Assembly: GCA_040766025.1 (NCBI GenBank)
Contig: JAXGRH010000004.1
Coordinates: 78,779 to 142,778, forward strand
Source: Clostridia bacterium
GTDB lineage: Bacteria; Bacillota; Clostridia; Saccharofermentanales; DTU023
Reading direction: 5' to 3'
DNA: 64,000 bases
The notes under the pieces are model-generated. The model worked only from the letters and a program-made list of their open reading frames with translations, was not told the origin of the DNA and searched no databases. Shown piece by piece: positions 38,166 to 46,982 of the stretch (its first letter is position 1; the number at the start of each line of letters is the position of its first letter). The position numbers were made by a program, and so were the translations under genes.

Positions 38166-39068
38166 TTAGTGGGCCTCGCTTCTTGTCCCTTTTTTGCCGC
38201 GATAGAGGCGTACCAAGGCCTGTGTCCCTAAGTCTTCATCGCCATCCTCTGCCATATCTTCATACAGCTGTAAAACCGTACGCAGCATGGGAAGGACGGT
38301 GCCCCGGTGGGCCATTTCTTCTTCGACAATATGCATGTCTTTGATGAAATGCTTGATGAAAAAACCAGGGTCATGATCCCCTGAAAGCACACGGGGTGCC
38401 ATATTCGTGATCTGCCAGCTTCCCGCGGCCCCGGCCCCGATGGCGCGCAGCATGGTCGACGGGTCAAGGCCCGTTTTTTCAGCATAGACGATGGCTTCCG
38501 TCATGGCTACCGTCGCGCCCGCAACCGCAATCTGATTGGCCGCCTTCGTATGCTGCCCGCTGCCCGCGGGCCCCATGTAGACAATGTTTTTTCCCATGGC
38601 TTTAAAAAGGGGCAAACAGCGCTCAAAGCTGTCCTCGTCCCCGCCCACCATGATGGAGAGCGTACCTTCTTTCGCACCCACGTCTCCACCGGAGACAGGC
38701 GCGTCAAGCAGCTTAAGGCCTGCTTTTTCGCCTTGCGCGTACAACTTTTTTGCCAAGGCCGGCGAGGAGGTCGTCATATCGATGACAATCGTGCCGGGGC
38801 GAGCGGACTCGAAGACGCCGCCTTCACCCAACATCACTTGTTCAACATCCGAGGGGTATCCGACGATGGTGATCACCACATCGGCGTCCCGCACCGTATC
38901 CGCGATCGATCCCGCGCAAACGGCCCCGGTCGCCTCAGCGGTTGCCTCAGCCTTTTCAATCGAGCGGTTACAGACCGTCACCGGATATCCGTTATGGCGC
39001 AGACGGGCGACCATGGATTTTCCCATGACGCCTGTCCCGATAAAACCAATGCGTTGATCCGACATCAC
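38166..39068 (-). CDS. NAD(P)-dependent beta-hydroxyacid dehydrogenase (3-hydroxyisobutyrate / tartronate-semialdehyde reductase family)
   Basis: IGFIGTGVMGKSMVARL Rossmann motif, ...DAPVSGG... and ...GSGQHTKAANQI. 300 aa. Confidence 0.8.
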   Translation of the reverse strand: MMSDQRIGFIGTGVMGKSMVARLRHNGYPVTVCNRSIEKAEATAEATGAVCAGSIADTVRDADVVITIVGYPSDVEQVMLGEGGVFESARPGTIVIDMTTSSPALAKKLYAQGEKAGLKLLDAPVSGGDVGAKEGTLSIMVGGDEDSFERCLPLFKAMGKNIVYMGPAGSGQHTKAANQIAVAGATVAMTEAIVYAEKTGLDPSTMLRAIGAGAAGSWQITNMAPRVLSGDHDPGFFIKHFIKDMHIVEEEMAHRGTVLPMLRTVLQLYEDMAEDGDEDLGTQALVRLYRGKKGTRSEAH

Positions 39069-39072
39069 GCAA

Positions 39073-39936
39073 TTAAACTCCTCTTTCAGACATGATCAGC
39101 TCAATTTGTTCGGGATTTAGGCCGACCATCGCTTCCCCCAGATTTTCTGACACATAAGCAAGACGCTCGGGATCGTCATAATGCTCACAGGCTTCCACGA
39201 TCGCCTTCGCGCGGCGGACGGGGTCACCTGACTTGAAGATGCCCGATCCGACAAAGACACCCTCCGCGCCTAATTGACGCATCAGGGCGGCATCGGCCGG
39301 TGTCGCTACACCGCCCGCGGAGAAGTTCGGGACGGGAAGTTTGCCGTGCTTGTGAACGTATTGAACAAGATCCACGGGCACCGCAAGATCGCGGGCGCGC
39401 ACATAGAGTTCATCTTCACGCATGGACACCACTTCCTGAATCTGTGCGTTAATTTTGCGCATATGGCGGACCGCCTGAACGACGTCGCCTGTTCCGGGCT
39501 CGCCTTTTGTCCGGATCATCAAGGCGCCTTCAGCCAGACGCCTCAAGGCCTCGTCAAGGCCGCGCGCACCGCACACAAAAGGAACGTCGAACTTCGTCTT
39601 ATCGATGTGATAGACTTCGTCCGCCGGTGTTAACACTTCACTTTCGTCGACAAAGTCAACGCCGATGGCCTGCAGTATCTGCGCTTCCACAAAATGGCCG
39701 ATGCGCACTTTTGCCATCACGGGAATCTTAACCGCCTTCATGATCTCTTTGACCATAGAGGGATCACTCATTCGGGAGACGCCTCCGGCCGCCCGTATGT
39801 CGGCGGGGACGCGTTCAAGCCCCATAACGGCGATGGCTCCCGCCTCTTCGGCAATCTTTGCCTGTTCGACGTTCACCACGTCCATAATCACGCCGCCTCT
39901 CAACTTTTCGGCCAGCGTACGATCAAACTGTTTCAT
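39073..39936 (-). CDS. pdxS: pyridoxal 5'-phosphate synthase lyase subunit PdxS
   Basis: [46 protein letters not shown]...[12 protein letters not shown]...GEPGTG. Start at the ATG at 39936. Confidence 0.9.
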   Translation of the reverse strand: MKQFDRTLAEKLRGGVIMDVVNVEQAKIAEEAGAIAVMGLERVPADIRAAGGVSRMSDPSMVKEIMKAVKIPVMAKVRIGHFVEAQILQAIGVDFVDESEVLTPADEVYHIDKTKFDVPFVCGARGLDEALRRLAEGALMIRTKGEPGTGDVVQAVRHMRKINAQIQEVVSMREDELYVRARDLAVPVDLVQYVHKHGKLPVPNFSAGGVATPADAALMRQLGAEGVFVGSGIFKSGDPVRRAKAIVEACEHYDDPERLAYVSENLGEAMVGLNPEQIELIMSERGV

Positions 39937-39980
39937 CAGAATCAAGCCTCCATTCGATTTATCAATGAATCCGGTGTTTC

Positions 39981-40007
39981 AAAAAAAGGCCTCCTGTTAC
40001 GGAGGTT
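39981..40007 (-). terminator. short terminator-like hairpin inside the predicted pdxS 5' leader
   Basis: Minus strand reads CCUCC-GUAACA-GGAGG followed by CCUUUUUUUG. It lies between the predicted pdxS promoter and the start codon. Confidence 0.35.
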
Positions 40008-40020
40008 TCGCCGCATTTTC

Positions 40021-40034
40021 TGTGAGACCTCACA
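40021..40034. promoter_or_regulatory. perfect palindrome TGTGAG-AC-CTCACA (candidate operator) in the pdxS/rex divergent region
   Basis: The 6+6 inverted repeat is seen directly. It sits just downstream of the predicted pdxS -10. It resembles Rex half-sites (TGTGA/TCACA), but with 4-nt rather than 6-nt spacing. Confidence 0.3.
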
Positions 40035-40045
40035 GTATTGAATTC

Positions 40046-40074
40046 AGTATACGCTGTCAGTCAAGCGAACGCAA
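40046..40074 (-). promoter_or_regulatory. candidate pdxS promoter
   Basis: Minus strand reads TTGCGT, a 17-nt spacer, then TATACT. Confidence 0.35.
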
Positions 40075-40082
40075 CAAAATGA

Positions 40083-40120
40083 TTGACAGAGAGATGCAAT
40101 ATCGATATTATGTTATCGAT
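40083..40120 (+). promoter_or_regulatory. candidate rex promoter with an overlapping inverted repeat
   Basis: TTGACA (40083-40088), 17-nt spacer, TATTAT (40106-40111). The inverted repeat ATCGATA-N6-TATCGAT (40101-40120) overlaps the -10. Confidence 0.45.
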
Positions 40121-40134
40121 TACAGGAGGTCTTT

Positions 40135-40749
40135 ATGGCACCACGATCTTTTTCCCTCCAAACACTGCAGCGACTGCCTTATTATCTCGATCACCTTCGC
40201 AAGCTTGAAACGGAAAATATCTCGTCCACGGCGCTTGCGGATGCCTTTGGATTAAACGATGTACAGGTCCGAAAAGACCTGGCTTCCGTCAGCCGTCAAG
40301 CAGGGCAACCCCGCAAGGGATTCGAACGCAAGGCACTGATCCGCGACATTGAAGAAGTCTTAGGCTACGGCCATGTGGACGAAGCGATCATCGTCGGAGT
40401 GGGGCATCTGGGAACGGCACTTTCAAATTACAAGGGATTTTCCAACTACGGTTTAAAAATCGTCGCGGGTTTTGACAAACGCGTACAAAAAGAAGAACGC
40501 TTAAACGACATGCCCGTTTTTCCCGTCGAACAGATGGTTCCCATGATCCGCCGTCTGAACACGCGCCTTGGCATCATTACAGTCGGCGCGGAGAGCGCTC
40601 AAGAGGTCTGCGACCAACTGGTTGAGGCGGGCGTATTGGCTATTTGGAATTTTGCGCCCGTCATCTTACAAGTCCCTGAACATATCATTGTTCAAAATGA
40701 AAACATGGCAAGCGCCCTGGCTGTTTTGAGCCACCACTTAAGAAAATAA
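40135..40749 (+). CDS. rex: redox-sensing transcriptional repressor Rex
   Basis: LQRLPYYLDHLRKLETENISSTALADAFGLNDVQVRKDL, then the Rossmann motif IIVGVGHLGTAL. 204 aa. Confidence 0.9.
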   Translation: MAPRSFSLQTLQRLPYYLDHLRKLETENISSTALADAFGLNDVQVRKDLASVSRQAGQPRKGFERKALIRDIEEVLGYGHVDEAIIVGVGHLGTALSNYKGFSNYGLKIVAGFDKRVQKEERLNDMPVFPVEQMVPMIRRLNTRLGIITVGAESAQEVCDQLVEAGVLAIWNFAPVILQVPEHIIVQNENMASALAVLSHHLRK

Positions 40750-40761
40750 TGAGGCGCCAAG

Positions 40762-42480
40762 ATGGATCTAAATCAGTTTGAGACCAAGCAGATCAATATC
40801 ATTGACACCAACCTTGCCAACTGTGTCGACTGCTACCGTTGTGTGCGCGCCTGCCCTGTAAAAGCCATTCGGGTCACGGGCGGCCACGCGCGCGTCGTCG
40901 CCGAACTATGCATTCAATGCGGCACCTGTGTCCATGAATGCCCTCAGCACGCCAAGATCATTTATCCTTCGCTCGGAGAAGTCAAAGCTCTGCTCGCCTC
41001 AGGCGCCCGTGTGGCCGCGAGCATCGCGCCTTCTTTCCCGGCGGCCTTTCCCGGCTGGCAAAGCGAAAAAATCGCCTCAGCGCTCCGCCATCTTGGTTTT
41101 TTCTATGTCGGTGAAACCGCCGAAGGCGCGGAGGCGGTCGCACAAAAATCCATGGAGTATCTGGAAGCAGGCAGTATTTTCACCGCCTGCCCCGCGGTCG
41201 TCCGTTACATCGAACAGGAACGCCCGTCTTTCATTGACAAAATGATCCCCGTGACCTCCCCCATGATCGCGCACGCCAGAATCTTGAGAGCGCGTTTAGG
41301 GGAGGATGTTTCCATTGTCTTCATCGGCCCCTGCGCCGCAAAAAAGCAAGAAATTTTGCGCGACGAGAACCAAGGTGACGTGCAGGCTGTTTTGACCTTC
41401 GCGGAGCTTGCAGAATGGTTCTGTGATGAACAAATCGATCTCCATGACTTTGACGATGGCGTCTTTGACGAGGAGGGTGGTTACGATCTGGCGCGGCTTT
41501 TCCCCTTGGAAGGCGGCATGCTCAAAACCTGTGGGATCCCCGCCGACGCCTCCACAGGCGAACTTGTTCACCCCTGCGGCGCTTCTTCCATTGAAGCGCT
41601 GTTTAACATGGCCCCTGAGTCCTGGAATTTCCAAGCCGCCGAACCCCTGTTTTGTGAAGGCGGCTGCATCGGCGGTCCTGGCTTTGCCGATGAGTTAAAT
41701 CTCTTTCAGCGCCGATCAGCCGTGCAGGATTACGTGAAGAAACACGCGAAAACAGCTACCCCCAAAAAAGAATATTCTGTCGATCTGTCCGCGCGTTTTG
41801 AAAAAAGGCGAAAGACCCTGTCACTCTCCGAAGTCAGTGACGAAGCGATTGAAGAAGTCCTCATCGCGACCGGGAAGGCCGACGAAAGCGAGCGGCTAAA
41901 CTGCGGCGCCTGCGGCTACCGAAGCTGCCGCGAAAAAGCGGCCGCGGTCGTCTTAGGTCTGGCCGAAGCCTCCATGTGCATCCCCCAGATGCGGCGTTTG
42001 GCCGAGCGCAAAATTGACCATATTATTGAGCTGTCCCCTGTGGGCATTGTCGTCTTGGATGAGGATCTTCGTATCCTCAGCATGAACCCCGCGTTCCGCG
42101 ATATGTTCCTTTGCAATGACCTAGTGATCGGCCGCGAGATCAGTTACCTGGTGAACGCTGAAAGTTACGAGGAATCGGCCTTGGCCGACACGGACGCGAT
42201 TGAAGCGGTCCGCGCCAAATACGGCAAGCGCTACCATGAGATCGTCTATCGCTCAGAGGATCGGCGCCAATTCATCGGCTTTTACTTGAACCTGTCAAAA
42301 ATCAAGCTCGACGGCGGGCAGATGGAACTCATCCGCGACCAAACCGTCACACAGGCCAAGGAATTGCTTGAACACCAAATTGAGTTTGCTCAAAACATCG
42401 CGCGTTATTTGGGTGAGAGCACGGCCGAAAGCGAAGCGCTTGTGAAGCGCATGATCGATCTTTACGAAGAAAAACCATAA
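40762..42480 (+). CDS. hydS: sensory (group C, HydS-type) [FeFe]-hydrogenase-like protein with C-terminal PAS domain
   Basis: 2x[4Fe-4S] (CVDCYRCVRACP, CIQCGTCVHECP). H-cluster motifs FTACPAV (Ala where catalytic enzymes have the proton-relay Cys), GPCAAKKQE and FCEGGCIGGPG. An extra CGACGYRSC-x16-C cluster, then a PAS-like region (VGIVVLDEDLRILSMNPAFRDMF). Confidence 0.75.
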   Translation: MDLNQFETKQINIIDTNLANCVDCYRCVRACPVKAIRVTGGHARVVAELCIQCGTCVHECPQHAKIIYPSLGEVKALLASGARVAASIAPSFPAAFPGWQSEKIASALRHLGFFYVGETAEGAEAVAQKSMEYLEAGSIFTACPAVVRYIEQERPSFIDKMIPVTSPMIAHARILRARLGEDVSIVFIGPCAAKKQEILRDENQGDVQAVLTFAELAEWFCDEQIDLHDFDDGVFDEEGGYDLARLFPLEGGMLKTCGIPADASTGELVHPCGASSIEALFNMAPESWNFQAAEPLFCEGGCIGGPGFADELNLFQRRSAVQDYVKKHAKTATPKKEYSVDLSARFEKRRKTLSLSEVSDEAIEEVLIATGKADESERLNCGACGYRSCREKAAAVVLGLAEASMCIPQMRRLAERKIDHIIELSPVGIVVLDEDLRILSMNPAFRDMFLCNDLVIGREISYLVNAESYEESALADTDAIEAVRAKYGKRYHEIVYRSEDRRQFIGFYLNLSKIKLDGGQMELIRDQTVTQAKELLEHQIEFAQNIARYLGESTAESEALVKRMIDLYEEKP

Positions 42481-42482
42481 TC

Positions 42483-43622
42483 ATGTTGCACTATGACAGC
42501 TGGATCCGCCAACAAAAAAAAGACGGCCACCACGTCTCGGGTGACCAGATTGTTCATTTTAGCTTCAAAGATTCCTACTACTTTGCCATCTTCGACGGTG
42601 TGGGCTCCGGCGTGTACGCCAATATCGCGGCGACCGGGAATGCCGGCCGGTGGAGCCGGATGATCCGCGAAGGCATTTCCATCAGCGAAGCTTCCGAAAC
42701 CATTGCTTCCAGCATGCGCACGCAGGAGGAAGGACGCGCGTTTTATACCGCGTTTTCCGCCCTGATGCTGACACGCCACGGCAATGCCCTGCTCTACACT
42801 TTTGAGTCGCCCAAAGCCATCTTGCGACGCGGACGCGCGGCGCAAGTTTTGGAGCCGCACTACTACGACGTCCAGGGGACGACCTTGGGTGAAACACAGT
42901 TCGAACTCGAAGAAAACGACGCGCTGTTTATTTTCAGCGACGGCATCAGCCAGGCAGGGATGGGACAGATGTACCCTTTAGGGTGGCAGGAAAAGGGCGC
43001 CGCCTCCTATATCCAGGTGCAAAGCCGCGAACATGCGGACGCGTTCATCCTTGACCGACTCATTGAACGCTGCCGTGTGCTGTCAGGCGGTTCGCACGCG
43101 GATGACACGAGCGCCATCATGATCAAGGCCATCCAGGCAAAGCATTTACATCTCTTTTCGGGACCTCCCGTTTCGCCCCTGCACGACAAGAAACTGGCCG
43201 AGCGTTTTGACAACGCCCAGGGCGTCCGCGTGATCTGCGGATCCTCCACAGCGGGCATCATTTCGCGGGAACTCGGCGTGCGACTTCATTTTCTGTCTGA
43301 AGGCGACGGGCTCCATTCACCGCCCAAATACAAAATGAAGGGCGCGGATCTTGTCACAGAGGGCGCGCTCGCCTTAAACCAGGCGGCGAACCTGCTTTTA
43401 GCCAATACCCAAGAGATCACGGGCGACACGCCTCCCGAACAGCTCACACGTCTCCTTTTAGAAGCGGATGTCATCGACATCTATGAGGGAACGGCGCAAA
43501 ATGAAGCCCACCGGATGCTATTGTTCAAACAGCTCGGCATACGCTCCCGTAAAGAAGCGTTGCGCGTCATTGCGCAGGCGTTAGAACAGATGGGCAAAAG
43601 AATTCATTACCACAGCTGTTGA
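42483..43622 (+). CDS. PP2C/SpoIIE-family serine phosphatase with an uncharacterised ~170-aa C-terminal domain
   Basis: SGDQIVHF...FAIFDGVGSGVYANIAA...LFIFSDGISQAG...HADDTSAIMIK. The C-terminal half has no motif I can name. There is a 2-nt gap after hydS. Confidence 0.65.
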   Translation: MLHYDSWIRQQKKDGHHVSGDQIVHFSFKDSYYFAIFDGVGSGVYANIAATGNAGRWSRMIREGISISEASETIASSMRTQEEGRAFYTAFSALMLTRHGNALLYTFESPKAILRRGRAAQVLEPHYYDVQGTTLGETQFELEENDALFIFSDGISQAGMGQMYPLGWQEKGAASYIQVQSREHADAFILDRLIERCRVLSGGSHADDTSAIMIKAIQAKHLHLFSGPPVSPLHDKKLAERFDNAQGVRVICGSSTAGIISRELGVRLHFLSEGDGLHSPPKYKMKGADLVTEGALALNQAANLLLANTQEITGDTPPEQLTRLLLEADVIDIYEGTAQNEAHRMLLFKQLGIRSRKEALRVIAQALEQMGKRIHYHSC

Positions 43623-44629
43623 GTGACGCCACGTGCTATCATACGGGCATGAGCGAAGTCACAGAAAAAATTCTCGTCATCATCAATCCCAACGCGGGAA
43701 AATACGGCGCCACCCAGAAGGCCGAACAGCTTTGTAAGGCGCTCAAAGCTTCGGGCGCTTTTGTTCAAAGCCGCGCGACGGAAGGGATCGGTCATGCCCG
43801 TGACATCGTGTCCCAAGAAGCCTCCCACTACGATCTTGTCGTGGCCTGTGGAGGAGACGGCACACTCTCAGAAGTCGTCTCAGGCCTCATGCGCCTTGAC
43901 ACGCCTCCCGACGTCGGTTTCCTGCCCGTCGGCTCCACCTGCGATATCGCACGCAACTTCCGGCTTCCCTCACACCCTCAAAAGGCCGCCCATGTCCTGT
44001 TGAAGGGCATCGCTTACCCGCTTGACATTGGCCGTGTCACAGGGAGTGTCCCGGAGCTTAGAGACGATCTTCCCGAAGGGGTCGTCCCGGATGAGACAGA
44101 ACTTCTCCCCGACCATTTCAGTTACGTCACAAGTTTCGGCGCCTTCTCAGAAACCTCATACGCGACAAAACGCGAGCTCAAAAAATCGCTCGGCCATTTT
44201 GCGTACGTGCTGACGGGTCTGCAGTCCGTGCCACATATCCACCCCGTCGAGACAAAGGTGACCCTGGACGGCGATGACTACTCGGGTGCCTATATTTTTG
44301 GGGGTGTGCTCAATTCCTATTCGGTCGGGGGCATGGTGAAAATCGACCAGGTCTCTTTTAATGACGGCTTATTTGAAGTGCTGCTTGTGAAGCCTCCTAA
44401 AAATATGGGGCAGATCGCCCGCTTGCTGTCTTTGCTCTTGAGGCGTAAAACAGGGGACGCGATTATCCGGCGGCGCGCGAGGGAAGTAGTTTTCGAGTTC
44501 CCTGACAAGGTTTCTTTCACCATTGATGGCGAATACGGCGGTTCACGCCACCTTTGGCGGATCGAAAATATTGAACGCGCCATCCGCCTGCGCGTAGCAG
44601 AGCCGCCTCAAAACACCATCCTCCCTTAA
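43619..44629 (+). CDS. YegS/DagK-family lipid kinase
   Basis: ILVIINPNAGKYG...VVACGGDGTLSEVVSGL...LPVGSTCDIARNF. The TTG at 43619 overlaps the upstream stop. The ATG at 43649 is an alternative start. Confidence 0.75.
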   Translation: MSDATCYHTGMSEVTEKILVIINPNAGKYGATQKAEQLCKALKASGAFVQSRATEGIGHARDIVSQEASHYDLVVACGGDGTLSEVVSGLMRLDTPPDVGFLPVGSTCDIARNFRLPSHPQKAAHVLLKGIAYPLDIGRVTGSVPELRDDLPEGVVPDETELLPDHFSYVTSFGAFSETSYATKRELKKSLGHFAYVLTGLQSVPHIHPVETKVTLDGDDYSGAYIFGGVLNSYSVGGMVKIDQVSFNDGLFEVLLVKPPKNMGQIARLLSLLLRRKTGDAIIRRRAREVVFEFPDKVSFTIDGEYGGSRHLWRIENIERAIRLRVAEPPQNTILP

Positions 44630-44639
44630 GGAGTCCAAT

Positions 44640-45725
44640 ATGACGCTTGATCATTCCGGATACCAGCGGCAGGACGACGGCCTCGGAGAACTCTTGCGCT
44701 ACGAAAATGTCGCCTGGTTTGAGAACGGTATCGTCCGTATTTTGGACCGGCGTGTCTACCCCAAGCAAAAACGTTTCGTCCATTGCGAAACGGTCGATGA
44801 GGTCGCCGAGGCGATCGCCGACATGGTCACTCAAAGCGCCGGCCCCTACACGGCAGCGGGCATGGGGATGGCGTTGGCCTCCTGGCAGGTTAAAAATAAA
44901 AGCGAAAAAAGACAGGTAGAAGCCTTAGAATATGCCGCCCATCGTCTGTCAACGGCACGCCCCACGACATCCGTGAGGATGCAAAAGATCACGGGCGCGG
45001 CGCTTATGAAGGCGAAGGAGCTCCTTCAAAAAGGAGAATCAGATCTTTCGTCTCATCTTTTCCAACTCGCCTTAGATTCACTTGAACGACGCTATCGGCG
45101 CATGTCAAAGGTCGGTCATAACCTCGTCGCTCTTTTTCCAAAGAAGGCCCTTGTCATGACGCATTGCTTCGGTGAAACCATTGTGGGCACCATGATCCGC
45201 GCGGCCCAAGAGCAGGGCATCGAGATACAACTCATCTGTCCTGAAACGCGCCCCTACCTTCAGGGGGCGCGGCTCACCGCGAGCGTCGCCTCGGATATGG
45301 GCATCGATGTCACGGTCATCACGGATAATATGCCGGCTGCTGTTTTTTCAACTCACCCTGTCGATGTATTCACAACGGCCGCGGACGCCATCACGGTCGA
45401 AGGTTACGTGGTGAACAAGGTCGGAACACTCCAGATCGCAATCGCGGCCCAGTATTTTGGCATTCCCTACTATGTCACGGGAATCCCGGACAAAGTTCGT
45501 ATTGACGACATCACGATTGAAACGCGCGACCCTCGACAGGTGCTGGAAATCGGTGGAATCCGCCATACTAAAGATGCCGTCAAGGGTTATTACCCCGCCT
45601 TTGATATTACGCCGCCCACGCTTGTCTCAAAAATAGTCAGCGATGGGGGAGTTTTGAATCCCCTAACGCTGTCGAGTTATGATCCCCCCGATGACGCGAA
45701 TGGAGACTTTTACAGCGGTTCGTAA
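44640..45725 (+). CDS. eIF-2B alpha/beta/delta-like family isomerase (MtnA / ribose-1,5-bisphosphate isomerase-like, divergent)
   Basis: 361 aa. VRILDRRVYPKQKRFVHCETVDEVAEAIADM... and ...VFTTAADAITVEGYVVNKVGTLQIAIAAQYFGIPYYV...PAFDITP. Confidence 0.6.
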   Translation: MTLDHSGYQRQDDGLGELLRYENVAWFENGIVRILDRRVYPKQKRFVHCETVDEVAEAIADMVTQSAGPYTAAGMGMALASWQVKNKSEKRQVEALEYAAHRLSTARPTTSVRMQKITGAALMKAKELLQKGESDLSSHLFQLALDSLERRYRRMSKVGHNLVALFPKKALVMTHCFGETIVGTMIRAAQEQGIEIQLICPETRPYLQGARLTASVASDMGIDVTVITDNMPAAVFSTHPVDVFTTAADAITVEGYVVNKVGTLQIAIAAQYFGIPYYVTGIPDKVRIDDITIETRDPRQVLEIGGIRHTKDAVKGYYPAFDITPPTLVSKIVSDGGVLNPLTLSSYDPPDDANGDFYSGS

Positions 45726-45742
45726 ATAATAATGAATCATTC

Positions 45743-45770
45743 TTGACGCAAGCCTAACTTGTGTTAGCAT
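45743..45770 (+). promoter_or_regulatory. candidate promoter of the selenium locus
   Basis: TTGACG, 16-nt spacer, TGtTAGCAT. Confidence 0.35.
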
Positions 45771-45815
45771 GATGGCGGATAATGATCCGAAATAACAGGC
45801 AAAGGAGGTATGCTC

Positions 45816-46859
45816 ATGTCTGAACAAAAGATACGTCTGACACAGATGACCCAAGCGGGCGGTTGAGGCGCGAAGATAGGACCGGCGGTTCTTTCCCAGC
45901 TTCTTTCAGGATTACCCCGCGTGTCGGACGAGCGCCTCCTCATCGGTTATGATTCCGATGACGATGCCTGTGTGTACCTCGCTTCGGAAGATGTTGCCAT
46001 CATTCAAACGATTGACTTCTTCCCTCCGGTGGTGGATGACCCTTACGACTACGGCTGCATCGCAGCAGCCAACGCCCTAAGTGATGTCTACGCCATGGGG
46101 GCCACACCGAAAACCGCGCTGAATCTGCTTTGCTTTTCCAGCTGTCTCGACTTGGATGTCGTGCGGAAAATTCTGGAAGGAGGCGCCGATAAATGCCTTG
46201 AGGCAGGTGCCAGCATCGCGGGCGGCCACAGTATCGAAGACGAGGAACCCAAATACGGACTTTCCGTTATGGGTTTATGCCATCCAGATAAGATACGGCG
46301 CAATGATACACCGAGAATAGGTGATCTCCTCGTACTGACGAAACCACTGGGCACAGGCGCACTCTCTACGGGCTTGAAGGCAGAGCTGATCCGAGAGGAG
46401 TCGATCAAAAAATTAGTCGACACCATGGCAAAGCTCAACAAATATGCCTTTGAAGCCTCGATCGGCCTCGACGTATCGGCTTCCACCGATGTCACAGGCT
46501 TTGGCCTTCTGGGTCACGCCAGAGAGATGGCGGGAAAAGAAAATCGGGTGACCATCGAGATCGACAGCGAAAAGCTTCCGCTTTTGCCTGAAGCGCTCGA
46601 GATGGCCCAAGACGGCATGCTGCCCGGCGGCTGTTATCGTAACCGCGGCTTTGTCGGTGATCGAGTCCAATTCGATGAAGGGGTACCCTTGGCTTTGAGT
46701 GATCTGATGTTTGATCCTCAGACCTCCGGCGGATTGCTGTTAGCAATGCCCGAAAAAGACGCTACAACCTACCTTTCGACCATGCATGAGCAAGGTGAAG
46801 GAGCTTGGGTGATAGGGCGCGTCAAAGCCTTCGAAGGGGTCGCGATCAAAGTCCGCTAA
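45816..46859 (+). CDS. selD: selenide, water dikinase SelD containing selenocysteine (in-frame TGA at 45864-45866)
   Basis: The ORF track starts at an internal GTG (45921). Upstream in the same frame, the ATG at 45816 follows AAAGGAGG and gives MSEQKIRLTQMTQAGG-U-GAKIGPAVLSQLLSGLPR. The TGA falls exactly where SelD has its catalytic Cys/Sec (GxGCK/GUGxK loop). The total of 347 codons matches typical SelD length. Confidence 0.85.
45872..45895 (+). promoter_or_regulatory. candidate SECIS hairpin downstream of the selD UGA
   Basis: Hand fold GGACC-GGC-GGUUC, extendable by A-U pairs. The apical loop is about 21-23 nt after the UGA, similar in position to the E. coli fdhF SECIS loop. Confidence 0.35.
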
Positions 46860-46982
46860 TCCGCATTACCCTACGGTCCATTCCAACGACTCAACCTTGA
46901 ACAAGTCGGCTGTTGTACAGCCGGGCAATGCTCGAGCGCGCTTTGCGACTCGATTATGGATTAATAATTTAGGAGAATTTGA

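Noticed and set aside
40021-40034. Calling TGTGAGACCTCACA a canonical Rex operator.
   Set aside because: Known Rex boxes have TGTGA-N6-TCACA spacing, whereas this site has N4. I kept it only as an unassigned palindrome.
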